Shown: positions 7,395-16,070 of the stretch, piece by piece | Layout: each line of letters starts with the position of its first letter | How positions within the stretch are numbered: position 1 is the stretch's first letter | NCBI GenBank assembly: GCA_039208735.1 | Contig: JBCCQY010000169.1 | Span: 1 to 21,069 of the forward strand | Reading direction: 5' to 3' | Source: Myxococcota bacterium | Lineage (GTDB): Bacteria > Myxococcota_A > UBA796 > GCA-2862545 | DNA length: 21,069 nt | Translations under genes and position numbers: made by a program | Notes under the pieces: generated by a model | The model's input: the letters and a program-made list of their open reading frames with translations, nothing else | What the model was told of the DNA's origin: nothing | Databases searched by the model: none

Positions 7395-9845
7395 ATGCAG
7401 AAAGCTACAGCAGCTTCCATGTTCTTGGGGCTGACAATTGCGTGGTGGTCCATTGTGGCCAGCGGGGCTCCTCCATCGGGCGAAGCGGTGGAGGATGACG
7501 TCACGGACGTGCCCCCGCAGCTGCGCTCCGCCGTCGAACTGCGCTACCCAGCTGAGGCGTCCGACCTGCACGGCGATGTCGAAGTCCATGTGGCGGTGGA
7601 CTCGACGGGTCGGGTGACCGCAGCGGAGGTCGTGTCGGGCGACCCGGTTTTCCATGCGGAAGCAACCCGAGCCGTATCAGAGCTTTTGTTCAGCCCCGCC
7701 ACTCACGGAGGGATTCCCGTGTCGGGGGTGGCGCTCGTCCGACTCCACTTCGCCCCGCCCTTTGACGACGACGACGATGCCATCGAGCGAATCCTGGTCA
7801 TTGGGAACGACGACCGGGACGACACCAAGGCCCGAACCACCCTCGACGAGACGGACCTTGAGCGGGCCGCAGGCGACGACCTCGCCCAAACCGTGGCCCA
7901 GGTGCCCGGCGTGGTGGTGAGCCGCGCCAACGCCGACACGAGCAAGCCCATCATTCGGGGGCAAACCGAACGACGCCTCCTCCTCCTGAACGACGGCATC
8001 CGGCACGAGTCCCAGAAGTGGGGCCCTGACCACGCGCCCGAGATCGACCCGTTTTCCGCGGGCCGTATCAGCGTGGTCAAGGGGGCTGCGGGCACGCGCT
8101 ACGGTCCCGATGCGATCGGTGGCGTCTTGCTCGTGGAGCCTCCACCGATGCGCCGCCAAGCGGGTGTCGGGGGGAAGGTGTTGCTCCAAGGCGCCACGAA
8201 CGGCTTGCGAGGCTACGCTGCCCTGCGTCTCGACGCCGTACCGTCCGATACCAGCCCGTGGTCTTTCCGACTCGAAGGCAACGTGGCCAACGGGGCTACC
8301 CAGCGGTCCCCCTTGTATCTCCTCGGCAATACGGCAAGCCGGAGCTACAACCTCGGGGCGGCGATTCAGCATCAGGCGAACCGCACGACCCTTCGTCTCA
8401 CCTACCGCCGCTACGACCTGCGGTCCGGCGTCTTCTTTGGCGTGGTGGTAGGCACTCCAGACGAGTTCCGCGCGCGTCTCGAGGCCGATCGACCTCCCAC
8501 GGCAGACGCCTGGGTGGTGACGCGGGATTTCCAACGCCCCTACCAGCAGGTGGCACATGACGTTGCTGCCTTGCACCTCGAGCATGAACTCGCGGGGGGT
8601 GGCACGTTCTCAGCCACCTACGCCTTCCAGAACAATCGACGCCTCGAATTCGACTCCGTGCGTCAGAGCATCGATGGCCCGCAATACGACTTCCTGCTGC
8701 GCACCCACTCCATTGACGCGTCGATTGAGCCAGAGCCCCACGACCTACTGGGCGCGGCAGCGCAAACGATGTTCGGCGTACAGGGAATCATTCAGGAAAA
8801 CATCTTCCGCGGCATCGAGCTGCTGCCTAACTACCTCGGTTTTGGGGCCAGCGCGTTCGCAAACGAACGCCTCAATTACGGTCGGTTCGAACTCGATGTA
8901 GGGGCTCGACTCGACCACCTCACGCGTACGGGCTTCCTGTCCGAACTGAGTCTCGAACGAGCCGTACGCGAAGGTGTGGTTGAAGCAGAGGATTGCCCAC
9001 AACCGGTGCTGCGCTTCCGGTGCCCTGGAGCCTGGACTACGGGGTCGGTCTCTCTCGGTGCGATTTGGCGCGCTGTGCCCGACGCCGTCGACGTAAAACT
9101 CGACCTTTCCCAAGCCAACCGCTTCCCCGCCGCCGACGAACTCTACCTGATCGGTTCGGCCCCTTCCTTTCCGGTCTATGCCGTTGGGAATCAGCAACTC
9201 GGTGTGGAGACCACGTGGAATGCCTCTGGCACGCTGGGCCTTCGCCTTCCTGCCATCGAAGGCGAGGTGTCGGGTTGGGGTAGCCTCGTCCAGGACTACA
9301 TCTACTTCGCACCTGCGTTGAATGACAATGGGGAAGTGCGTTTCGACGTCACCCGGCAAGGTACGTTCCCCCGCTACACGTACGCGGCCATCCCCGCCGC
9401 CTTCTGGGGCACCGACGGTCGGCTCTTGCTCGGTCCGACCGGCCAGGTGGGCTTAGAACTTGGCGGGTCCATCGTGCGGTCCCTCGATCGCAGCACCGGG
9501 GCGTTTCTCATTGGCACCCCCCCCGACCGCGGCTTCGTCCAGCTGATCACCCGTCCGTACCTCGGCCCTGGCATGCGCGATGTGCGCCTCGCCGTGCGCG
9601 TGGACGGCGTGGCACGGCAGACCCGCACCGACCTCAACGCCGACTTCGCGCCCCCCCCACCGGCCTACGCATTGCTTGGCGCGTCCGCCGAGATTGCGGT
9701 GAAGCTCGGCTCTCGCCAGGTCCGCATCGGGATGGAAGGCCACAATTTGCTGAACGCCCGCTACCGCGACTATACGAGCTTACTCCGCTACTACGCCGAC
9801 TTTCCTGGTCGTGACGTGCGGGTGCGGCTCGGTTTCGATCTCTGA
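7395..9845 (+). CDS. TonB-dependent receptor with N-terminal TonB_C domain (alternative start 7419)
   Basis: Signal peptide; TonB_C-like segment YPAEA..GDVEV.VAVDSTGRV; plug motifs KPIIRG, WGPDHAPEIDP and KG..RYGPDAIGG; barrel end NLLNARY...PGR. Confidence 0.92.
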   Translation: MQKATAASMFLGLTIAWWSIVASGAPPSGEAVEDDVTDVPPQLRSAVELRYPAEASDLHGDVEVHVAVDSTGRVTAAEVVSGDPVFHAEATRAVSELLFSPATHGGIPVSGVALVRLHFAPPFDDDDDAIERILVIGNDDRDDTKARTTLDETDLERAAGDDLAQTVAQVPGVVVSRANADTSKPIIRGQTERRLLLLNDGIRHESQKWGPDHAPEIDPFSAGRISVVKGAAGTRYGPDAIGGVLLVEPPPMRRQAGVGGKVLLQGATNGLRGYAALRLDAVPSDTSPWSFRLEGNVANGATQRSPLYLLGNTASRSYNLGAAIQHQANRTTLRLTYRRYDLRSGVFFGVVVGTPDEFRARLEADRPPTADAWVVTRDFQRPYQQVAHDVAALHLEHELAGGGTFSATYAFQNNRRLEFDSVRQSIDGPQYDFLLRTHSIDASIEPEPHDLLGAAAQTMFGVQGIIQENIFRGIELLPNYLGFGASAFANERLNYGRFELDVGARLDHLTRTGFLSELSLERAVREGVVEAEDCPQPVLRFRCPGAWTTGSVSLGAIWRAVPDAVDVKLDLSQANRFPAADELYLIGSAPSFPVYAVGNQQLGVETTWNASGTLGLRLPAIEGEVSGWGSLVQDYIYFAPALNDNGEVRFDVTRQGTFPRYTYAAIPAAFWGTDGRLLLGPTGQVGLELGGSIVRSLDRSTGAFLIGTPPDRGFVQLITRPYLGPGMRDVRLAVRVDGVARQTRTDLNADFAPPPPAYALLGASAEIAVKLGSRQVRIGMEGHNLLNARYRDYTSLLRYYADFPGRDVRVRLGFDL

Positions 9846-9868
9846 CCAGAGAAGAGGAGAATGTACCA

Positions 9869-10432
9869 ATGATGCGATTCACTTGGCTTCCCGTGGCGAT
9901 GCTCGCGATCGGTTGCGTCGAGACCGCTCCTGAAGAGAATGTCCAGGAAGTCTTCACGACCGTGGCCCTGACCTTCACTCCCCAGAGTGGTGGTGCCGCC
10001 ATCATGGCGGACTTCCTGGATCTGAACGGCGAAGTCACCATCGACGATATTGCGTTGACCAACGGTGAGACCTACGACCTCGGCGTCGAGTTCTTCAACG
10101 AGCTCGAAGATCCCATTGAGGACGTCACGCTCGAGATCATGGACGAAGATGATGAGCACCAGGTGTTCTTCACCGGCGGCGCCATCGACTCCATCGTGAC
10201 CCACACCTACTCCGACATGGACGGGGGCGGGCTCCCGATCGGTCTCGACAACGAAATTGCGGCCACCAACACCGGCAGCGATACGTTTACGGTTACGCTT
10301 CGCCACCTGCCGCCTGAAGACGGAACCGTCGTGAAGGTTGCCGGCCTCGAAGACACCGTGGCCGCCTCGGGCATCGGCGCCATCGCGGGTGACACCGACA
10401 TCACGGCTGACTTCGACCTGACGGTCGAGTAG
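9869..10432 (+). CDS. Acidic lipoprotein, putative TBDR-associated metal-binding partner
   Basis: SD GAGGAG; lipobox IGC; motifs EVFTTV, EDDEHQVFF, PIGL and TLRH; starts 23 bp after the TBDR stop. Confidence 0.85.
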   Translation: MMRFTWLPVAMLAIGCVETAPEENVQEVFTTVALTFTPQSGGAAIMADFLDLNGEVTIDDIALTNGETYDLGVEFFNELEDPIEDVTLEIMDEDDEHQVFFTGGAIDSIVTHTYSDMDGGGLPIGLDNEIAATNTGSDTFTVTLRHLPPEDGTVVKVAGLEDTVAASGIGAIAGDTDITADFDLTVE

Positions 10433-10443
10433 TCACCAAACTC

Positions 10444-10488
10444 CAGCCCTGCTGCCGTTCCGCTACGTATGCGGCTCGGCAAGGGCTG
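10444..10488 (+). terminator. Long bulged hairpin after the TBDR-lipoprotein operon
   Basis: CAGCCCT/AGGGCTG, TGCCG/CGGCA and CCGC/GCGG nested stems; no U-tract. Confidence 0.4.
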
Positions 10489-10607
10489 CGAGTGCAGAGG
10501 GGTTCCGTTCTTGCGACCCCCCGTCCGTCTGCAGCGACTACCGGCGCGAGAGTGCCGTGGGTACCGTGATGGGCACGAGCCGTTGTCAAACGGTTGAGGA
10601 GGAGCCC

Positions 10608-11135
10608 ATGCATCGCATTCCTGCGACCTTCGTTGCCCTTGCCTTGGTTGCCTGTGCCACGCCCGAGCCCGAAGAGACGCCACTGGAGGGCCCCGGCTTT
10701 GACGCCGAGACCGGCGAACTCGTTGCGAAAGGCGAAACCTTTATCGTTGGGCTCACCCACCTGCAGGTCCGCAACCTGCCGGGCCCCGGAGGGCGCTTCG
10801 GCGACCATGCCAACGCCGTGGGCGACCACCTCTTCGAAAACGAGCCAGAAGGTTGGTTGGGTGCGGCCTTCCGCAACGTGGGCCGCCTGAACTGGTGGAC
10901 GATGACGGTTTGGGAGAGCGAAGAAGCCATGCTCCGATTCGTCGTCTCCGAACCGCATGCCCAGGCCGTAGCGGACTTCTGGGACATCACCGTCGGTGGC
11001 GAACACCAGGCTTACGAGGCGACTCGCGAAGAGCTGCCGGTGCAATGGAGCCGTGGCATGGAGCTCCTGCTGGAATCCAACGACACCGTGGTGCTTGGCG
11101 ATAGCAAGTGGTTCGCAAACGGGGGGGAACTGTGA
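10608..11135 (+). CDS. Lipoprotein with ABM/DUF3291-like dimeric alpha-beta barrel domain
   Basis: SD GAGGAGGAG; lipobox LVAC; motif WTMTVWESEEAMLRFVVSEPHAQA is typical of the ABM monooxygenase-like fold. Confidence 0.7.
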   Translation: MHRIPATFVALALVACATPEPEETPLEGPGFDAETGELVAKGETFIVGLTHLQVRNLPGPGGRFGDHANAVGDHLFENEPEGWLGAAFRNVGRLNWWTMTVWESEEAMLRFVVSEPHAQAVADFWDITVGGEHQAYEATREELPVQWSRGMELLLESNDTVVLGDSKWFANGGEL

Positions 11136-11518
11136 TCAGTCTGATCAGCGGCAAGCGGAGCTTGCGCGAAATCAGAACAGCAGCAAGCAAAGCTTGCGCG
11201 AGTCTGATCATCGGACTGTTGGTCGCCTGTGGATTGACCCCTGCGGACGTCGTTGAACCCGTGATGAACCCGTTTCTCAACATCGACCGAAGCGACCAAG
11301 CCCCCTTCGAAGGCACGGTCACCGCACTACGTCCTGCGGGCGGGTACGTGTATGTGGCGGTGGATGAAACCTGGGTGGTGGGGTTCGACAAAGCACTCGC
11401 GCTCGGCGACAGTGTGATCGTCAAGCCATTTGGACGTTCCCGCGATTTCACATCGAAACGCACTGGTGACCATTACGACGAGCTTGTGTTTGGGATTGTA
11501 TCGAAAGCGACGCCGTAG
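11132..11518 (+). CDS. Small lipoprotein, NrfJ-like/OB-fold-like
   Basis: GTG overlaps the upstream TGA; lipobox LVAC; pattern GTV...AGGYVY...WV...GD.V...DFTSKRTG..YDELVF. Confidence 0.6.
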   Translation: MISLISGKRSLREIRTAASKACASLIIGLLVACGLTPADVVEPVMNPFLNIDRSDQAPFEGTVTALRPAGGYVYVAVDETWVVGFDKALALGDSVIVKPFGRSRDFTSKRTGDHYDELVFGIVSKATP

Positions 11519-11539
11519 GCCCTCGGCAAGCCGAGGGCC
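11518..11539 (+). terminator. GC-rich hairpin, putative terminator or stabilising stem
   Basis: GGCCCTCGGC-AA-GCCGAGGGCC, a perfect inverted repeat directly at the stop codon; no U-tract. Confidence 0.5.
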
Positions 11540-11661
11540 GGCCCGTATGGCCACCACCCCACACAGTTTCCTCCCCTCGTAGGTTCGACACCTCCCACGA
11601 TCCACGCCTCTCCGGTGACACCTTGAAGCCTCGGCGGGGTCCTGGAGGCTGGGAGGTGTTC

Positions 11662-12387
11662 ATGTGGATCGCGATGAGTTCGCTGGCCGTCGCCGCAGAG
11701 TTGACGGTGGGATTGAGCTATCAAAACCTACAGTTGCTGGATCAACACCAGTCTCCGCTGCCTTACGCGGGACACGCCCCGGGAGGGCGCCTTCGCTATG
11801 ACAGTGGCGCGCCGGTCGTTCGACCGTTCGCCGACGGTGAACTGGGGGTGGGATCGAGCTTTGCCCCAAGTGCGACAGACCGGGGAACCCTCTTCGTTCG
11901 GGCGCGACTCGAAGGCGGTGCCCTTGGGCGGCTTGCCTCGATCGGAGCAACGTCGCTGTGGGTCGGTGGAGCGGCCCATGCACGCTTCGACTACATCGAT
12001 GGCATCGCCTACCACCCCTGGGGACTGGGCCAAACCTCACTCGATGCGGCCTTCCGCCTCGAAGGTCCCCCTCGCCCGTGGCGATGGTGGGTCGAAGCAA
12101 GCCTTCCCGTCGTCGGGAGTCTCAGTCGGCACAACTATAGTTTAGACCCCGTCGATCCCAATCTGGCTGACCTGCCTGCTTTCTTCGACCAGGGAACGCG
12201 ACTTGTCACCGTGGCCCGCGCCCCGTCGGCTCGGGCCCGGTTTGCGCTGTTTCACGATACGGACAAACTGGATTGGATGCTGGGGCTTCGCTCCGAGTGG
12301 CTGACCTATGGCCTACCGAATCGACTGACAGCCCTTTCTTGGACCCTCGATGCGGGGCTCCGCTTCGGACGGGGAGGTGATGCATGA
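11662..12387 (+). CDS. Putative outer-membrane beta-barrel protein
   Basis: SD GGAGGT; short signal peptide (AVA-A); amphipathic strands; ends LDAGLRF plus a short tail. Confidence 0.65.
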   Translation: MWIAMSSLAVAAELTVGLSYQNLQLLDQHQSPLPYAGHAPGGRLRYDSGAPVVRPFADGELGVGSSFAPSATDRGTLFVRARLEGGALGRLASIGATSLWVGGAAHARFDYIDGIAYHPWGLGQTSLDAAFRLEGPPRPWRWWVEASLPVVGSLSRHNYSLDPVDPNLADLPAFFDQGTRLVTVARAPSARARFALFHDTDKLDWMLGLRSEWLTYGLPNRLTALSWTLDAGLRFGRGGDA

Positions 12388-13358
12388 TCGCCCTGCTTCA
12401 GCTCGTCGGATGCACGGTTTTCCCAGCGCCAGACGCTTCGCCAACCGCTTCCTTCGACGCACTCTGGGCGGACTTTGATGCCCACTACGGAGGGTTTGTG
12501 GTTCGGCCGGACCTGGATTGGGATGAGGCCTACGATACGCTTCGCCCCGAGGTTCGCGACGACATGACAGATGCGGAACTCCTCGCTGTGATGCAAGATC
12601 TGCTCCGGCCCCTGAACGACGACCACGTCTTTCTATTCGATTTCAAAGGCGACTTTTGGTCCTCGTATACGCCGGCCCGCGAAGAAGAGGAACTCGACCT
12701 CCCCTTCATTCGCGACACCCTGCTGCGCGATCCGGTCGATGAGCGCTCCCTTGTGTGGGGATGGCTCGAAGAAGGCATCGGCTACATTTTCATTCGGGAC
12801 TTCTCCACCTTAGGTTCGGTCGGTGAATTAAGTCAGGCGCTCGAAACGTTCGCCAATGCCGACGGCGTGGTGGTGGATATTCGAGATAGCCCAGGCGGCA
12901 CAGACAGTATCGCGGCCGAGCTGGCGGGTTGCTTCGCCACCGAACCCCAGCCCTTCCTGACCATCCGAATCCGCAACGGCCCGGCCCGCGATGACTTTTC
13001 AGAGCCCATTCGGTGGTCGCTTGAGCCCGCAGACTGTGGGTACACCGGTCCGGTGGCCCTCGTGACCAACACCCGAACGGTGAGCGCCGGCGAGTCCTTT
13101 ACGTTGGCGATGACCGAATTGCCCCAGGTGGTCCACGTGGGCGAGACGACGACAGGTTCGTTTTCGGATGTGGTGACCCGCGACCTACCAAACGGCTGGC
13201 TCTACTCCCTGTCGATCGGCGATTGGCGAGACGCCCGCGACGTCAGTCATGAAGGGATTGGCATCATTCCCACCATCGAGGCGATCAATACGCTTGAGGC
13301 GTTGAGTGAAGGCCGGGACCTCGCGCTGGAAGGCGCGGTGAACGCTCTTCTTCGCTGA
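12384..13358 (+). CDS. S41-family peptidase lipoprotein (tricorn C1 + S41 domain)
   Basis: ATGA overlap with the upstream gene; LVGC lipobox; motifs LNDDH, IGYI, DIRDSPGG, TVSAGE (catalytic Ser), GETTTG, LPNGW and EGIGIIP. Confidence 0.9.
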   Translation: MIALLQLVGCTVFPAPDASPTASFDALWADFDAHYGGFVVRPDLDWDEAYDTLRPEVRDDMTDAELLAVMQDLLRPLNDDHVFLFDFKGDFWSSYTPAREEEELDLPFIRDTLLRDPVDERSLVWGWLEEGIGYIFIRDFSTLGSVGELSQALETFANADGVVVDIRDSPGGTDSIAAELAGCFATEPQPFLTIRIRNGPARDDFSEPIRWSLEPADCGYTGPVALVTNTRTVSAGESFTLAMTELPQVVHVGETTTGSFSDVVTRDLPNGWLYSLSIGDWRDARDVSHEGIGIIPTIEAINTLEALSEGRDLALEGAVNALLR

Positions 13359-14331
13359 AGTGGTCCACAAGGGCCGCCCGGTCCGCAGCTTCATCCTTCG
13401 CGTTGAAGCTCCACGGCATGGCACCCGCGTACCCAAGGGCCTCGTACGTTTCGAGGCGGATCTGCAAGTCCAACGGATCGGTGGGAAACTCTCCGACCAA
13501 AATCGGCAAATCCGTTGGATATTCATCCACCAATGGCAACTCACCCACGTCATAGTGGTGAACCTGGAGCAGATCGAGTGGGGCGTCCAACCAGATGGCC
13601 GCGAGGTCTTCTGCACTCGCACTCCCCACCGTGAGCGGACGTCCGCCCCGCAGCGGAAGGGCCACGTCGAACAGAAAGTCCCACATCTCCTGCAGGGTCA
13701 CGGGGTCTGCCACCAGCGGCGCATGCAGCCCGTCCAGCAGAGCCCATTCGGGTTCGTTTATGAGGTCGAACGCGAAGATGCGAGGATCGTGGTCGTAGCG
13801 CTGCAAAGGGACGATCCACGTCTCGATGAGGTCACGGCGAAGCACGGGATCTAAGGCCATCTCACGACGGCCAAACAGCTGCACGTCGTTGACGATTTTC
13901 GCTTGATCAAACCAGTAGAAGTCGAAAAGGACAGGCATGAGTTGGATGCCTCTGGCATCCGCAACCTCGAGCGCGGCATCAAAGTCCGCAAGGACCTCAT
14001 CGGGCGTGCTCTGCCCAAGTGCCCGACCGTCCGCGAAGAGGAACCAGCGCACCACCTCAACCCCGACCAACGCGTCAAAGTCGGCCTCGAGCTGCTCTCG
14101 GGAGTCCGGCGTTCGGATGCCACGATTGCCCCACGCCCGCCCGAAGTCGTGTCCGTAGCGCAGCCAGGGGAGATTCACGCCAGCAACGAAGCGTTCTAGC
14201 CGATCTTCGACTTCGACGGGCAAGAAGTCAAGGGGGTCTGTGGTTCGTTCCTCAATCGGTTCGGCCTTGACACAACCGCCAAGCCCCATGGCCCAAAGGA
14301 ACAACCCGCCCACCTTCGTCAGAAACGCCAC
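13285..14331 (-). CDS. Glycoside hydrolase family 5 (clan A) lipoprotein, possibly mannanase-like
   Basis: LGGC lipobox; GVNLPW..YGHDFG, VRWFLFADG, DLINEPE (acid/base), QVHHY and LVGEFP (nucleophile). Confidence 0.85.
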   Translation of the reverse strand: MAFLTKVGGLFLWAMGLGGCVKAEPIEERTTDPLDFLPVEVEDRLERFVAGVNLPWLRYGHDFGRAWGNRGIRTPDSREQLEADFDALVGVEVVRWFLFADGRALGQSTPDEVLADFDAALEVADARGIQLMPVLFDFYWFDQAKIVNDVQLFGRREMALDPVLRRDLIETWIVPLQRYDHDPRIFAFDLINEPEWALLDGLHAPLVADPVTLQEMWDFLFDVALPLRGGRPLTVGSASAEDLAAIWLDAPLDLLQVHHYDVGELPLVDEYPTDLPILVGEFPTDPLDLQIRLETYEALGYAGAMPWSFNAKDEAADRAALVDHFSEEERSPRLPARGPGLHSTPQAY

Positions 14332-14384
14332 GGGGTCCGGTACCCCAACCCCGCCGAGATGAACACTCGGGATCGCGCAGCGCT

Positions 14385-15215
14385 TCAGCGCAGTTCAACC
14401 CCGAGGGACAGGGTCCCCAGGTACAGCCAGTTGAAGAGGAACCCATCCCCAGCGAACGGATCGGGTTGGTCCGAAGTGCCCGTGGACCCGCCGCCGATGA
14501 ACCGAAGCGCGGCGTACACATCAGGACCACGCGTCCGCAGACCGATCTTCCCACTTGCATCGACCACCGCGCCGACGATCGGCAGATCTGAGCCATTGAG
14601 CACAGAAACCGGTGCATAGAACCCCGTGACCTCGCCGGCCCACCACAACCGATCGGACACCGGACCCCGAAAGCGCCCCGCAAGTAGCGGGACCGGACCC
14701 ACGTCGCGGCTCGCGAGTGCCTGTGAGCCGTCGAGCGAGGCGTACTGGATGCTCACATTGCGAATCTGGAGGGCTACGCCAAACGCCACTTCGCGCTCGG
14801 TCGAGGCCGCCAGGTCGTACATCCACGTCAGCCGGTAGAACGGAAAACTGTACCGGAACTGCAGCGCATCGCCAGCCGGAAACACCAGATCCCCGACGGT
14901 CAAGTCGTTGGCCGGAGCCACCACGGATTGAAAGTTCAAAGGTTGGTAGAGGAACGAGACCGTGTGACGGTGGGCCCGTCCAAGGTCGAGGTCCGCTTGA
15001 AGCCTCACGAAGGGGTACAACAGATCCTGTCCGAGATCGCCCGGCACCCGTACTTCGGTGCCGTCGTTGCCGAACTGGAGCCGGTGCGACAACTGGCCCG
15101 TCGCTCCAAGATCCGCGAACAGGCGCAGCGCAACGGGTGCATCGGCCTCTTGAATGAGGGAATCGGACCGGTCGGGGGTACCCGCCAGGGCGGCAAACGA
15201 AAGCCATGTAATCAT
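14385..15215 (-). CDS. Putative outer-membrane beta-barrel protein
   Basis: SD AAGGAGA before ATG 15215; short signal peptide; alternating hydrophobic strands; ends LSLGVELR. Confidence 0.7.
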   Translation of the reverse strand: MITWLSFAALAGTPDRSDSLIQEADAPVALRLFADLGATGQLSHRLQFGNDGTEVRVPGDLGQDLLYPFVRLQADLDLGRAHRHTVSFLYQPLNFQSVVAPANDLTVGDLVFPAGDALQFRYSFPFYRLTWMYDLAASTEREVAFGVALQIRNVSIQYASLDGSQALASRDVGPVPLLAGRFRGPVSDRLWWAGEVTGFYAPVSVLNGSDLPIVGAVVDASGKIGLRTRGPDVYAALRFIGGGSTGTSDQPDPFAGDGFLFNWLYLGTLSLGVELR

Positions 15216-15321
15216 GGGTGGTCTCCTTCGCGGCCCAGGTATTCTGCCGTAGAAGACCACGAACCCCAATCGGAGTCACCCTCACTTTCGTGGCCCGTTG
15301 GGGCGGACGATCGTGCTGATT

Positions 15322-15642
15322 CTAAAGCTCGTAGAAGAGAAAGTGCTGTACTCGGCCGCGAATGGTCTCGGTTCGCTCCACTTCAAAGCCCAGCGCAAGA
15401 TTCAATGCCAAGATGCCAGGCCGGAGTTCGGCATTCTGGGTCACAACGCGCCGAAAGCCCGCTTGTCTTGCCCATGTTAGACGCATGGCGATCAACTGGC
15501 CCTCGTGCTCCGATTCGAACGCCTGAAAGGCCCGCTTGGTAGGAAGCTGCGCGAGCCACTGCGGCGGCGCTTCGCCCCAGCCCACTCGATACAGTTCATG
15601 CCAACGAGTTAAATCCGTCGTCCTCATCATCATCCGTTCCAC
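15322..15642 (-). pseudogene. GNAT acetyltransferase-like remnant or short protein lacking motif A
   Basis: C-terminus WARQAGFRRVVTQN...ILALNLALGF resembles GNAT motif B. There is no R/QxxGxG/A motif and the start is unclear. Confidence 0.45.
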
Positions 15643-15937
15643 CGAAGGCCCAAAGTCCTGCTGCGGCCAGTATCGAGGCGGATCCTACGATCACCACGAA
15701 CACTCCGACAAGATCCCAAGGAACATCGGGAAGCGACTGTTCAAATCCGACCTTCTCGAGGTTGGACACCAGGCCAAGCACCAAGGACAGAAACGATTGC
15801 AGAACAAACCCAATGATTGCACCTGGGAGGTAGTCGCGGCGCGAAAACACCATGGCAATCACGATTCCACAACAGCCGCAGAACGTGCCAAGCAATAGCC
15901 CAATAATGAGCGACAGAGGGTCAAAGCCTTGATTCAC
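15596..15937 (-). CDS. Small membrane protein (3 TM, CGCC motif, acidic tail)
   Basis: GTG start after GGGAG; three hydrophobic helices. Confidence 0.65.
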   Translation of the reverse strand: MNQGFDPLSLIIGLLLGTFCGCCGIVIAMVFSRRDYLPGAIIGFVLQSFLSLVLGLVSNLEKVGFEQSLPDVPWDLVGVFVVIVGSASILAAAGLWAFGGTDDDEDDGFNSLA

Positions 15938-16070
15938 GCGTTCACTCCCACGACTGGCTTAACGCAGCCCTCTGGCCGCATGACTTTCCACATCGGCTGC
16001 CACGCCGAGCGGAGCGAGCGGCTCACACCATGGAGCGGCAACTACCCGAAGCCCTTCGACCTTGATTCCG

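Noticed and set aside
15957..16070. Possible integron attC site (GTTAAGC on the - strand before a small gene)
   Set aside because: No matching inverse core site or extended dyad, and no integrase or cassette array.
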